Shown here piece by piece: positions 24,930 through 38,357 of a DNA stretch of 64,000 nucleotides. Under the pieces are notes generated by a model. The model made no database searches. It saw only the letters and a list, made by a program, of their open reading frames with translations, and was not told the DNA's origin. How positions within the stretch are numbered: the first letter of the stretch is position 1; each line of letters starts with the position of its first letter. Origin of the DNA: Lama guanicoe (taxonomy: Eukaryota); assembly GCA_013239625.1 (NCBI GenBank), contig MU054391.1, positions 2,385,130 through 2,449,129 on the forward strand. The letters are read 5' to 3'. Position numbers and translations under genes: made by a program.

Positions 24930-25448
24930 TTGATTGATTCATTGACTGATTTTTATTGAAGTATAGTCAGTTACAATGTGTCTATTTCTGGTGTACAGAA
25001 TAATGTTTCAGTCATACATACAATATATAAATTTGTTTTTGCTATAGGTTATAGATATTGCATATATCTATATTTCTGTGCTGCACAGTAATTTGTTTTT
25101 ATCTGTTTCATATATAGTAGTTAGTAATTGCACATCTCAAACTCCCAATTTTGATCTTTCCCACTCCTTTCCTCTGGTAACCATAAGCTTGTTTACTGTG
25201 TCTCTGAGTCTGTTTTGTTTTTGTAGGTAAGTTCATTAGTATCTTCTTTTTTCTTTTCTTCTTTTTTTTTTTGATTCCACACATGCGTGATCTCATATGG
25301 TATTTTTCTTTCTCTTTCTGGCTTACTTCACTTAGTATGACCATCTCTAGGTCCATCCATGTTGCTGCAAATGGCATTATTTTATTCCCTTTTATGACTG
25401 AGTAGTATTCCATTATATATAGATATACTACATTTTCTTCATCCAGTC
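24930..25448 (-). mobile_element. Relatively young 5'-truncated L1 (ORF2 end plus 3' UTR), same family as 14877-15335
   Basis: ORF track 25108-25413 reads MEYYSVIKGNKIMPFAATWMDLEMVILSEVSQKEKEKYHM (L1 ORF2 C-terminus). 3' end is 'tttattgaagtatagtcagttacaatgtgtc' and the tail has decayed to (TGAT)-like repeats. Confidence 0.92.
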
Positions 25449-26199
25449 CTCATGTGATTTAGCCACATCCCATTTGCTCCAGTATACTCTTCCAGGGTAT
25501 ACCTGGGAGATTTGGGCAAATTAGGAATTTGATGAGACTCTTGGGCTGAACTTTACCCATTATCAGATAATGATGAAAATAATGAAGGCATAATGATATT
25601 TTATCTGATAGGCATTTAAATTCCCAACTTTGAAGTCCAGTGTGTGGACTGATTGAAATGAGTCACTTTGAAGTGATTTGGAGATGTTTTAATTCATAGT
25701 CACTCTATGGAGAGAAATATTAATATGTTAGGCTCCTCAAAAATTAAAAAAAAATCACTTTCAAGGAGCGCATTGTCTTGAGTAGCTGACATACATACTT
25801 ACATTTTGTTCTTCCAGTGAGGAGAGGAATGCAACAGCTTTGTTGTACCTGATACTTCCAAAAACTGAAAAGTCTTTAAAAAGTAGTATGTTTTCCTGTA
25901 AAACTATTAAAAAGAAATTTGATTTTTAGGAGAAATAATTTTTTTACTTTTATTATATTTTCCCAGTGACTGTAATATATGATCATTTCTAAAAATTTAG
26001 GAAATACAAAAATAAATTAAATTTACATTAATGACTTTACCCAAGTAAATCAAGTGTAATTTAGTGATGTGTCTGCAAACATGTGTATAATTACATGTAT
26101 GGATAACAGACAAAATGTCATATGTATGCTATTGAATGATTATTTATGGCTGTATTATACTGTGTATGAATGTTATACATACATTTATAAAAACTGAAT

Positions 26200-26850
26200 A
26201 TCCTAATGGAATGCATATGTAGTTTATGTATGTTGTATACGTTTTAATTTTATATTATTTTTCCATATAATATTTTGGATAAATTGCTATTTTATGAAGT
26301 GTTGTCAGAAATATTATAATTGACAGCCACACAGAAGTGTATCATATGAATGTTTCATATATAAACCATAAACCATTTCCATATAAGGATATTTTTTCTA
26401 ACATTTTATCATTACAAACAGCATTTAAATAGTATAGCTGTTCTTATCTCTTGACATTTCTAATTTTAACATCTGGACATGAAATTCAAGGCTAAATTGA
26501 TTTAGTCACATTAAATACTTTAAGCCATTTTTCACAAGCATCTCTCCAGAAAGCACAGCCCAGTCTGCCTTTTCCTTAGTGATGTATGATTCCCTTTTTC
26601 ACTTAAATTTTGATAAACCTGGACACTTAAAAAGAAAGTCAGTGTGGTATATGAATGATGTTTTTGTTTTTGGAATTTTTATCAGTTTGATTATTGGAGA
26701 AATTCAACATACATTGATTTTGCAAACATTATTTTGTGAGCTGTCTCCTTGGTGTGTTCCTTATTGAATTGTTAAGTACATTTATATACTAATCTAACAT
26801 TCTTTTTCTTCATGTATAGTTTACCTTTAATTCTGCTTATGGTGTTTTTC
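26200..26850 (-). mobile_element. Ancient L1ME-like fragment
   Basis: T-rich decayed sequence with L1M antisense motifs ('aacattttatcattacaaacagc', 'tttggaatttttatcagtttgattattggag'). Confidence 0.45.
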
Positions 26851-26880
26851 AATATAAAAAATTACAAATAAAAAACATTA

Positions 26881-27237
26881 TTTTTTAATAGACTTTACTT
26901 TTTGGAGTAGTTTTAGGTTCACAGCAAAACTGAGAGGAATGTAGAGAGATTTACCATCTGTTCCCCAACCTCACACATTCACAGCCTCTCCCATTATCAC
27001 TACCCCTCACCAGAGTGATCCGTGTTTTGCACTTGATAAATCTGCATTGACCCAGCACCACCACCCAAAGACCACAGGCCACAGTGGGGCCCACTGCTGG
27101 TGGTGTCCACTGTGCAAGTTTGGACACACGCTTGATGACGTGTATCTGTCATTACAGCTTCATGAGGGGTAGTTTCAGCGCCTTGCATTTCTAGGCATCT
27201 CTTTCCTCTAACCCTTGGAAACCTCTGATCTTTTCAT
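26881..27237 (-). mobile_element. L1MC-like 3' end
   Basis: 'tagactttactttttggagtagttttaggttcacagcaaaactgag...cacagcctctcccattatca...ccagagtg...cacccaaag' is an antisense L1MC1/2-type 3' UTR. Confidence 0.8.
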
Positions 27238-27269
27238 CTTTAAGCCTTGAAGTGTTGTGTCTACCACGC

Positions 27270-27675
27270 ACAGAAAGAAGTGTTGGCACAGCTACCTCGT
27301 AGACCATGAGTTGTTCCTTTCCTTCTGAGCACATGCCATTTGGTTTTCCTGTAGATGTGACCCTATGGCTAGACTTTTGCCAGTGGACTAGGAACAGAAA
27401 CGAAGTGTAAAACTGCTGCTTCTCTTGTTGTAGAGTGTTTTCCCCGCTCCATGGCCTGGGGCCAGGTGTGGTGGTGAATCTTGAAGTCTAGCAGGGGACA
27501 GACTCGGGGACGGAGGGGCATGCAGAGGCAAGAAGTGGGCTCTAACTGACCCAAGAGGAAGGGCCCCCTTGCCAACCTGAATCAACTGCAATGTTGAATG
27601 AGAAATAAACTCCTGTTTTATGGAAGACTTTGTGGTTGGAGTCCCTTTGTATCTCTTAAACTTTATCCTAATACA
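27270..27675 (+). mobile_element. MLT1-type MaLR solo LTR
   Basis: 'tgagaaataaactcctgtttta...ttatcctaataca' terminus; left boundary approximate. Confidence 0.6.
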
Positions 27676-28899
27676 GTTTTCTTTCATTAATAAGATTGCA
27701 CTGCACTTTGTTGTATGTTATCCTTTTTAACATGCTGTTGAAAACATCACGCCAATATTTTGTTTTCTTTTTTGTGACTTCAATGTCAGTTTAAAAAATT
27801 TCAAAATGCTATTTTTGTATCATCCATATGTATATGTGTGTGTATTAACAGTGTTTTTTCTTTTCATCAAGGGCCTTGAATGACTTGGCGTTATTGGCAT
27901 TAACTATTTCTGAATGTTTGGCAAATTCCTCTGTACAACTCACGGTCTGGGACTGTGGAGAATGGTTACGCTTTTGGCTTTCTTCTCAATATAGTTCACA
28001 GTAACTACCTTATTTTTCTCTCTCTTCTGTGGTCTTTAGAATATTAATGTTCTCATTGTAAAAGTTTGCTGTGAAATAAGTCTTCACATTCACAGTCGTG
28101 TGTTTGATAACTTGGTCTCTCATAGCCCGTGATGTTCTCTCCGTGATTATGTGCTCACGTTGAGCTCTGCACAAGAGCGGCTCCTGGCGTGGGGTCCATA
28201 CCTGGTGGGACTCTCTTCACGGCGGAGCACCGTCCAGTGCTCCCCGGTGCCCTCGGCACCGTGGCCAGAGCATCTGTGGTTCTCACTGTAGTCGTGGGGC
28301 TGAGGGTTAAGTCTCCGCCAGGACACAAGAGATTTTAAATTAGGCTTTTCTAGACTCTTTAAAAATCCAAATGAGTCATCGCGCTAAACAAACAAGTAAA
28401 CAAACAAACCCAGAGACCCTGCTGGCTACTGTCCATTCAGGCAGTCCACACCATTTGAACCTACTGTGTCTTTAATCAGCAATTTGGAGACATTAAAATT
28501 TGCCTCCCTTAGTCGCTCGTGGGAATGACTGAAGAACTCGGTTTATTCAAGGAAGAGCATCAGAAGGTGTCTACCTGATCAGCCTTAGTTTCACAAAGGT
28601 TTTCCTAGTACAGAAAAAGTGTGCTATGAGTTTTGCTAGCCCTCCTAGAAAGTGAAAATAAACAACAAACAGAAAAAAAATGCTATTGCAGGTGATTAGG
28701 AAAAAATGAATCTCAGGGAGTCTGAATAGTGGAGAAAAATATGTTGAGTTTTTCCAGGCAGCGTCTACCAGTTCAGCAAACAAAAGTCACCTCAAAAGCC
28801 AATGCCAACCAAAATGGAAACCGTCATGGAAAGGGTCCTCTGGACGCAGGGAAGGATGCAACAGGAGAAAGAACGTGTGTTTGCTCTTTACGTGGGTGA

Positions 28900-29075
28900 G
28901 GTGCTCAGCCAGGAGCTACGCGTGAACATGGCTCATTTATAACAACTTCGGTGAAATAGTTCTGCCCGTTTTAACTGTGAAGAAACAGACGCGGACTCAA
29001 CCACAAATAGAGTTCTCGTCAAAGAACCGAACAGAGCACCAGCAAGACCCGGGACCGGAGCTCAGAGCCCCCCGT
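28900..29075 (-). mobile_element. MIR fragment
   Basis: 'ctcatttataacaac...tgcccgttttaactgtgaagaaacagacgc'. Confidence 0.5.
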
Positions 29076-29252
29076 GCCGTTCTGCCAGCAGCTTGCTGCC
29101 TCTGCCTGCTTCGCCTTGTCTAAGAAACGAGGATAAACTTCTTGTTTTTCTTATTTGAAATATTTGTTCAGAACCATGTATTAGGTATAATGCATACATA
29201 GCTGTTTAAGAAAACAGAAACCACCAGGATAGACATGCCTTCTTTAAACTTT

Positions 29253-29343
29253 CTTGTTGAGTAAAATACATAGAACAGAAAGTTGCCATTTTACCTTTTC
29301 CTTAAGCACACAGTTCGGTGACATTGTTTACATTCACTTTGTC
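29253..29343 (-). mobile_element. L1MB 3' terminal fragment
   Basis: 'taaaatacatagaacagaaagttgccattttacc...taagcacacagttcggtgacatt...tacattcac'. Confidence 0.6.
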
Positions 29344-29929
29344 AGCCTGCTTTTATAGCTGATAAGATTAGTGTTTGAGGCATGGAGTACCTAGGGAACC
29401 GAAGCATCGTGGTGATCTTCCTCTGGCTCAGAGCAGCAAATTGTCCATTATTGAAAAGGGTCCTTCCCAGGAAAGATGGTAGAATGCTTTTTTCCCAAAA
29501 TTAGTTGCACGGGGGTCTTCAAGAGTCACACAGTTCAACTAAGGTATAAACAGAATAAATGTCTTACCAAAGCCATACGCTTAGATGGGGCAGATGTTGC
29601 AATCAGATAGGATGAGCTAAAATTTTAGCAAGACCCGTAACTTACACACTTCAGGGAAGGGCGAGAGCTGCCTCTAACCTAGCGGTAATGAGTGGACTTC
29701 ATGCCGGTGTTTGGTAACGCCAGGTCCGGCTTATCCTGGACAAGGACCTTAAATCAAGTTCCAGACGTGGAATTATAGATCCACAGTTACTCAGACAAAT
29801 ACAAACCTTTTTTTGGAAAGAAAAGTGTCTGTAGTAGTGAAATGTACAATGACCGTTTATCACTAGTTGAGCTTCCAAAAAAAATACATAGCTCTGGCTT
29901 TTCAACAGTCGGAGCAGCGCGTCTGTTTC

Positions 29930-30640
29930 AGCGTTCTGACTGCACGGGGTCTCACTGCAGCGCCAGCTCCGAGGGGCGCGGCCCGTGGAGGTGCACGGCC
30001 CCGCACTCAGGGGACCCCGGCTGGGCGGCCGCGTGCTGCGCTGTCCCCGGATTCTTCGCTATTTCATCTTCGAGCCTGGGTTTTGTCACTGAAGTCCTGC
30101 GGCAGGGGAGCAGGGGCGAGGCGGGCAAGCTGGGCCCACCTCACGTCTGCCTGCTCTCCCTGTTCGCCAGGGACGGTCACGACGCCACGGTGGGCGCAGG
30201 CTTCTGAGGGACCCGGGCGCGAGGCGAGGGAGTGAGTCTCGAGCAGCGCAGGCCGGGCGGGCCTGGCGGGGGCGGCGACCGAGTGAGCGGGGCGGCTGGC
30301 GGCCCGCGGCCCCGGGCGCGCTCGGCGCGGAGGGAGGGAAGCGGCGCCTCGAGGAGCGCGGAGGCTCGCCCGCTCTTTCTCCCACGTTTCGCCGCTCGGC
30401 CTTTGCCAGCTGCTGACCGCTGAAGACGGCAGAAGGACGGGAAGCGATGGCTTTTCCCCCGGCCCTCCTTTGTCATCCGTGAGCCTGAGACGGAGCGTGC
30501 TTGCTGGCGGGTGTGCGCGTCCCAAGAGGAGAGAGAACGACAGCTGAGCTGCTCCTGCGCTGCGTTTCCACTGACTCGCTACGAACAGAACACACACGCA
30601 CGTCTGAGCTGCGGGACGGAAGCCACGCACTTTGGGCGAT
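29930..30640. promoter_or_regulatory. CpG island (strongest in the window)
   Basis: Very high GC and CpG density peaking at 30200-30400, with GC-box-like motifs (gggcggg, ggggcgg) and a sharp transition to AT-rich unique sequence. Confidence 0.75.
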
Positions 30641-33600
30641 TTTGCACACAGGTTAAATGCTCTGGTATTTGCATGGAGTGATACAAAGGTGCATGGTGAA
30701 GTACATGCGGATGATTAGATTTTAAAAAGTCCTTACTGAGAACATTAACGTAGCAAATAAAAGTACTGTAAGCTGTAAAAGAGACCGCAGGAGAAAGGAG
30801 AAGCTGCGTTTTAGTGCCTTTAGTGGCAACGTTTTTTCTTTTTTTCCTGCTTTTTGAACGTGCGGCTCCGCATTTTCCCTCCGCATTTTGCATTGAACTT
30901 TGCAGGGTATGTAGCTAATTCTGCTCAAGCGACGTCAGTTCTGAATTTGTTAAATGTTAAACGTGGCGACATAGAGCTTTTAATTCTGAGCAAAAGGCAC
31001 AGATGTACGAGATTCAAAAGTCTTCCTGCATGTTTTAGTGTTTCAGTGCAAATAAACAAACAAACAACAGACAGACACGAATTAACTTCACCTTGAGCAC
31101 ACCGATCATTAACAAGGACAGGCAAAGTACTGCTCTAAGTCTGTGTTTGCTGTAATGAATATAATCTGAAGCTTCTGTCATGTTTATCGTTTCCCCCCAA
31201 ATACCTAAGTTCATCAATCTCCCTACTGCGTAAATACAGGTATTTTATGACGTAAATACGACCCATTTAGTGACAAGCCAGCCCTCCCGTGTCCCAGCGC
31301 AGGACCCTTCACAGCCCCGGGGCTCCTCCAGGGACTGTGAAACCACCCCACTGTGTATGGGTTTCTGGGCATCCACAGACCATCCCCTTGGTTTGCCTTC
31401 TTTGTACCCACTGAGGGGTCACTCATTTCATTACTTAGTTTTCAGGCACCGCATTTCTACCTGTAACCTCAATCTCAGCGAAACCATCTGTGAAGACAGT
31501 TTTAATAGAGGCATCATTTTTCAAAATGCATTAAAAAAAATACCTAATTTTCAAAATAAAAGAGGTATGTGAGGCACGCACCTGAGGAAATCCGTTGCGG
31601 TTTGAAAGCATGTGAATATCCACTTAGGATGGGCAGAAATAAGAGTTAGTCTGCTGACTTCAGTTTTGTGAAATGTTTAGAAAAAGTTTTTGCACCACTT
31701 GCTGACAACACTCCATAATTAACCTAAAATCTGATGATTATTCCTATACCGTATGTTTTGTGTTGATGACTTGTTCAAACATCTAAATGTCATTGCGTGA
31801 ATAACACACACAAGGGGAAAGCGTTATCTAGAGGCTCACCCACCTCCTGGCCCCATGAGCTGCTCCGCTTGGCTCTCTCTCCTGGAGGGCCCTTAGGAAA
31901 CCTCTGGGCTCCCCTCTCCTTTGGTTAAGACTCTCACCTCCTGCATCTTCAGGGGACGGGAACCGCCATCAGGTGCAGAACCATGTCTCAAGGAAAAAGC
32001 ATCTCTACTTCCTCCTTAAACTCAGCTTCCCGGGCAGCACGTTAGCTTCCCCGCTCTCCAGTGTAATTATGCTGCCTCCCCGTCTCCTCCAGGCTAGGGG
32101 TCTTCCTCCCAGTCCTCCAAGAGGGCGAGCGAACCTGCCCTTTCGCTGCCCTCTCCCTCTCCTCTCAAGAGAAAAAGCTTTGCTCCTGAATCCCAGCAAA
32201 TGACATCATCGTTGTCAAACTGGCTTTGGAAATGGATCAGTTTTGAAAATGCATGACTTACTTCGTACTTTGCTTATGACAAGCCGGCCCTGGCTGTGAT
32301 TTACAGAGTAACTGGGAGTGGCTAGCCAGCCAGCCTCTCCTGGCTTCTGCCTTGGGGGAGACCATAATCTAATGAAATCCATGGAAATGGCATTAGCTAA
32401 CTGGGGAGGAATTGTGCAAGTGCACACGCTGTTAGAAACGTGGCTTGAAGAAGCCCGTCCCAGTCTGCCCGCGGTGAGCTCCTGCAGACGCGCAACCCGC
32501 TTTCACAGTCACACTGTCTTGCCTCCAATAGGCAGTTGTCTTCCTCCTTTTGTCTTATATGACCTGACTCAGAGCTTTCAGAGGCTCCAAGGTGGATAAC
32601 TGGAAGACGAACGTTTCTCTCTTCATTAACTGGCAATTCAGCATTTTGTTTGAATATTCAGCTTCACGCGACGACACCTCTATCTGCCTGTGAATTCACA
32701 GTGTTCATAAACGGGGAGCATCTCCATGGCTGCGCTAATCCACAGAGGAAAGCACTTCTTTCGGAGCAAAGGAGTTCAACCAGAGGCCAACCCTGGAATA
32801 TATGTGAGGGAGAGAGAGGAGCAGGGGAGACGAAGTCTCGCTGTTCCGCTGGAGAGAAATAAAAATAGCTGTGAGTGTTATCATTTTCAAATTGGTGCTA
32901 GGAACCGGGCACGTGATCCAAATACCAAGTGGCGGCGGGCGCAGCCCCGCCAGGCGAAGGCCCGCGGAAGGCGTGTGGTTAAGCGCCATCATCAGCCCCG
33001 TCCTGCGTGGCGGGCGCCGGCACAGCCAGCGGGGCCTTCTGCCCCTCCTGCCAGCCCACCTCTGCGTATTTGTCTAAACAGGGCCCGGGAACCCTAGCAA
33101 GCCCGTCACACGGCTGGGGCGTGGGGTGGAGGAGGGGAAGGGGGGCAGTTCCTAAACCCGGGTGGTCTTAAGTGCAGTGTTCTCCGGCACAGGAAGGGAG
33201 TCGGGCTGTGGCTGAGATGGGAACAGGGGAACGTCTGCCTTTTTTGTTTCATCTCAGTGATTTGGGGTTCCCAGCACAGCCCCCCGCCCCAATCATGACA
33301 ATTGCTGTTTAGACTCAAACAGCCTCTCTTGTGACCATCAAAGATCTGATACTAAACAAGGGGGTTTCCATGTTTCTCAAAGCCCTGTCTTTGCTTAGGA
33401 TGCCCTATACTGAGAGAATATTCCCCTCCCTGCCACGTGCTACTGGGGGCAGGTGAGAAGGAGGCGTAAGAGACGTACATGGATATTACATGTTTACAAT
33501 AAAGAGAAGGATGAGAAACGAGGCGCAGATTTGACATTTAAATTTTCTTAATTAGGGAAGTGATCTCTCCTGTGATAACACAAAAATGGCATCCGTGATT

Positions 33601-36339
33601 CTGAGGGCAGGTGCTCAGCACGCACCCGCTGTGTGCTTGGGCGACAGCCCCCCAGTGCCGAGACGGCCTTACGGCAGGCTGCCCCATAGCTGTTTGCTGT
33701 CTCACGCTTAGCACCGCGTTTAACACGAGGGACCTTCTGAAACCCTCAGACCTGATTCCCACCCTCAGGGCTGGGATCCCGCACACCAAGTGAGGTTTTC
33801 ATGGAAGAAAAGTTGAAGGACACTGCTGCCGTGTGCCGGTCACGGGGCGGGGGATGAAGGAGCCGGTCGGAAGACTGCTTCTCCCCTGGGGACACCCCGT
33901 CCGTGCTCGGGCACTGCCGGCCTCTCCCTGGGGCAGCCAGAGGGCCCGGCAGGGAGTTACTGACGCGCTGCCGGGCCCATGACTGAAGCCTGCGAACCAA
34001 GCTGTCCCCGGTCTTGGCTCCAGCTGGGGGGCTCCCCCAAGCCTCTGGCCAAGTTCCCTTCCAAAGACTTTGTTTCAATATTCAACATGAAGGCTTGTAT
34101 CCCACAGTCTCGCACACTTGCTAAAAGAAATTGTTATCACATTCAAACAAGTCTGAATAACACACACAAATCACATACTCTGTAAGTGTCTCCTGAGATG
34201 TGCTCCTGGCTTGGGTGTTCATACTGGACTTTGCTTCTTTTTTTTTTTTTTCTTAAATTCAAATCTTCTAGCACGACGTGGCATAGATCTCCATAATACT
34301 CCATATTGGCTTTGCAATATTACCTGTTAAACTTCTGCCTTGATCAAGTTGAAAGTGTGCAATTATATCAGAAAATTAAACTACAGTTTCACCGGATGTC
34401 AGCCAGTACCCCGAATGTCCTTTCTTCCCGTTTCGCCTGACGGTGCTTTACCTGCTGCCTTAAACTCTCTCCTTCTCTTGACGTCCATGCCTTTTCTACT
34501 CCGCGTGGATAGTTGATACTCCATGTCACAATTAATCATTCCTCTCATTACGCCAAAAACAGGCCAATTATCCGTCAGGAAAACAACAGCAAACTGCAGG
34601 GCAGAAAAAAATATGGAAACCAGAATTACCGAGGAGTCAAGCTCTGGAGTCCAGCTGGCCGATGGACACCTGCATCACCGCGCGGCGCTGAGCGAGGCCG
34701 TGATGCCCACATACGTTCTTGCTCCTCTTCACGGGGACGCGCCGTGGGGCGCTCACCCTCGCGCACTCCACACGGCTGTGCTTGGACCGACCTTCTGTCT
34801 CCAGGACAAACCTTTCGCAGGTTTACAGAAGGTCCTTCTGGGCAGATCACGGCGGCCAGGCCCCCTCGCCCCCTCCTCCCTGTTGCCCAGAGAGCTCCCA
34901 CCATGTCGTGCTGGGGCTGAGGCTGAGAGGCGCGCCCCGCCACGGCGGGGACACCGCCGGCTGGCAGCCCCCCAGAACGTTAAGACTGAGCAGAGACGGT
35001 GCCGTCTAGCAATGCCATGTTGTTCCTGCCGCCTTGACAGCTGCTGAAAGACTTTCTATTACTATCTTACTTTAAAAAAAAAAATCACAGCGTTGTGAAT
35101 CGGTAACGCGCAGCGTGGTGGCAACGTGTGAGCTACTGTGCAGGCAGCTGTCAGCGCGGCGACATCTGGGTTGCAGGTGTGCGCACGTCAGCTCGCTTCA
35201 CTTGCTAATTAACGTCTGGAGAAGCACATCCTGAGTGAGTGCTTCCCCTGAAGTTGGAGTGTAGTGTGAATGGGAATCACATCCTGTGTTTGAAGACTTG
35301 CATCGGGGGAACATTCAGATCTTGGCGGAAACAAGAAAAACACATCTGAACACCCAGCTGACATTTTTTAAGGCATCCAAGGATGGTGACTTGGTTGTTG
35401 ACGTCACATTCTCCCAGGTAAACATTACATTCTAGTGATGGAAATTGTCAGATTTTTGTTCCAAATCCCAAATAAAGTGATGAACGCTGAAAACTCAGAG
35501 CCTTCTCCCTGGAAAATGTGCACTGAACACGCATGCGTTCTGGGTGGGAGTCCAGGCTGGCGGGAATCTCTCTGATTTTCTGGTCACCCAAATCCTCCTG
35601 TTACAGATATTAAAAAAACTGGCCAACTGGCATCAACTTAACAAATGTTCAGCTAAGTACTGTCACAAAGCAAGAACTCTGACTCTGATATCCTGGATTC
35701 CAGTGAACGGCTCTTAATGGGTTTAGCCTGAGAATGGTTCGGGAAGTGAGTTCCCCTGGAAGAGGATGGGCGACCGTCGTGTTCCCTTGCTGGGCTCCAC
35801 CTGGCCCCGTGAATGTTCAGTGGACACTCCTGTCGCCCTTTATTCTGCATGTCAACCAAGAGAAATATGGGTGAGGCTCTGAAAATGCAAGTGGGCAATT
35901 CCTCAGTGACACCCTCTGTATTAGTACCATCTCTTAAAGGAATCGAGACTCGAGAAAAGAGCAAAGGTATGCAGAAATCCCAAGTGATGAGAAAGAGCAG
36001 CCGTGAGACAGACTCCTGGAGTGCTCGACCCAACTTTGCATTCAAAGGCTGCACCGCACAGGAACTTCTCACCTGCCTCCGTGTGATTTGATTTTCCTTC
36101 AGATCACGAGTGTATTTGATGATTTCTACGTGCCTCTTCCTCAGCTCTCATTTCCTCTTTAGATTCAAAATGCACTCAACAATTTTTTCTTTTTTAGAGA
36201 TCTGCGCTAACTTTGAGAGCAAACGATCATGCGTCTGTTGATTTGGAAAAAAAAAATTACTTACCCTTTGTTCTTAGGGGAAGGAACTGAGGTTCCCAGG
36301 AAACCCTAGGAAGTGCTCAGTGTCATAAAAATTCTACTG

Positions 36340-36720
36340 CCCTTCTTCACCTCCATCTCCTCTCTCCATTGATCCTTCCTTGTGAGCCTCCTTCATTATT
36401 CCTTCTAAAGTCTTGTTCTAGTCATGGTGCCTTCTACCTCCACTCAAAATTTTATAATAATTACATGTTTTCCAGCAAATAAAGTCCAAATGCCTTAGTC
36501 GCTGTTCAGCTCCCTCCATAACATAACCTCCGTTTACGCTGGTCCCATTTCCCATTAGCACCAGGTAGATCAGTATTCAAAAAAAACTGTACCATGACTC
36601 AAATGAAGCAAGCGTCAAAATATTTCCTCTATTTGAGATATTTCTCCTTCTTCCTCATCATTGTCTCTCAAGTTGCTATTTACCCTTTAAGATTTATTTC
36701 AATGTCTATCTCAAAAACTC
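36340..36720 (+). mobile_element. L2 fragment
   Basis: 'aaataaagtccaaatgccttagtcgctgttcagctccctccataa' and 'taccctttaagatttatttcaatgtc' are L2 3'-region motifs. Confidence 0.6.
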
Positions 36721-36769
36721 TGTGAATTTTTATCTTAACGAAGTAGAATGACTTCCTCTTCTGAAATGG

Positions 36770-36872
36770 GATATATATTCTATATTCTATATGGATACAT
36801 GTATACATACATATAATAAAGGAGATATATAATAAAAGATATGTGTGTGTGTGTGTGTGTTTGTGTGTATAC
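36770..36872. repeat. (TA)/(TG) low-complexity tract at the L1 junction
   Basis: atatat/tacata units followed by a TG run at about 36842-36868. Confidence 0.8.
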
Positions 36873-38357
36873 ACTCACCACATCTTCTTTATACAGTCAT
36901 CTGTCAATAGACATTTGGGTGGCTTCCACGTCTTGGCTACTGTAAACAGTGCTGCTATGAACACTGGGGTGCGTGTATCTCTTCAAACTAGAGTTTTTGT
37001 CTTTTCTGAGTGTATGCCTAGGAGTGGGCAGCTGAATCATGTGGTAACTCTATTTTTTATTTTTTAAGTCACTTCCGTACTATTATCCACAGTGGCTACA
37101 CTAATTTGTATTCCCACCAAAAGTGTGAAAGGTTTCTTCTCTTCCATACCTTCTCCAGCAATTATTATTTGTAGACATTTGAATGATGGCCATTTTGACT
37201 AGTGTAAGGTGAGACCTCATTGTAGTTTTTATTTGCATTTCTCTAATAGTTGACAGTGTTGAAAATCTTTTCATGCGCCTGCTGGCCAACTGTATATCTT
37301 CTTTGGAGAAATGTCTATTTGAGTCTTCTGCCCATTTTTTGATTGGGTTGTTGGTGTTGTCTTGATATTGAGTTGGAGGAGCTGTTTGTGTATTTTGGAA
37401 ATTAAGCCCTTGTCAGTCTCATTGTTTGCAAATATTTTCTGCCATTTCATAGGTTGTCTTTTCATTTTGCTTATGGTTTTCTTTGCTGTGTAAAAGCTTG
37501 TAAGTTTGATTAGGTACCATTTGTTTGTTTTTGCTTTTGTTCCTTTTGCCGTGGTAGACTGCCCTAGGAGAACACTGCTAAGATGTAGGTCGGAGAATGT
37601 TTTGCCTGTGTTTTCTTCTAAGAGGTTTATAACATCGTGTTTTATATTTAAGTCTTTAAATCATTGAGTTTGTTTTTGAGTGTGGTGTGAGTGTGTGTTC
37701 TAACTTCACTGATTCACATGTTGCTGTCCAGCTTTCCCAATACCAGTTGTTGAAGAGACTGTCTTTTCTCCGTTGTATATTTTGCCTCCTTTGTTACAGA
37801 TTAATTGGCCATAAGTTTGTGAATTTATTTCTGGGCTCTCTATTCTGTTCCGTTGATCCATGTGTCTCTTTTTGTGCCAACACCGTGCTGTTTTGATTAT
37901 TGTAGTGTTGTCTGAAGGCTGGGAGAGTTATTCCTCCAGCTTCACTCTTTTTCTTCAGTATTGCTTTGGCAATTCTGGGTCTTTGGTGATTCCATATAAA
38001 TGTTAGAATTATTTGCTCTAGTTCTGTGGAAGACGCCTTGTGTAATTTGATAGGGAGTGTGCTAAATCTGTAGGTTGCTTTGGGGGGTACAGCTATATTA
38101 ACAATGTTAATTCTTCCCACCCAAGAGCGTGGAGTGCCTTTCCATGTCTTTGTCATCGTTAATTTCCTTAATCAGTGTTTTGAGTTCTCCGTGTAGAACT
38201 CTTTCACCTCTTCGGTCAGGTTTATTCCTAGGTATTTTATTTTTTGACACAATTTTAAAAGGGATTTTTTTTTTTACTTTCTCTTTCTGATGTTTCATTG
38301 TTTGTATAAATAAATGCAACAGACTTCTGTGTGTTAAACTTATATCCTGCTGCCTTG
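36873..38357 (-). mobile_element. L1 ORF2 C-terminal fragment, frameshifted and inactive
   Basis: Minus ORFs read '[21 protein letters not shown]', '[27 protein letters not shown]' and '[27 protein letters not shown]', all LINE-1 ORF2p. Confidence 0.95.

Noticed and set aside
30064..30630. 188-aa minus-strand ORF and neighbours in the CpG island
   Set aside because: GC-driven low-complexity translation with no recognisable homology.
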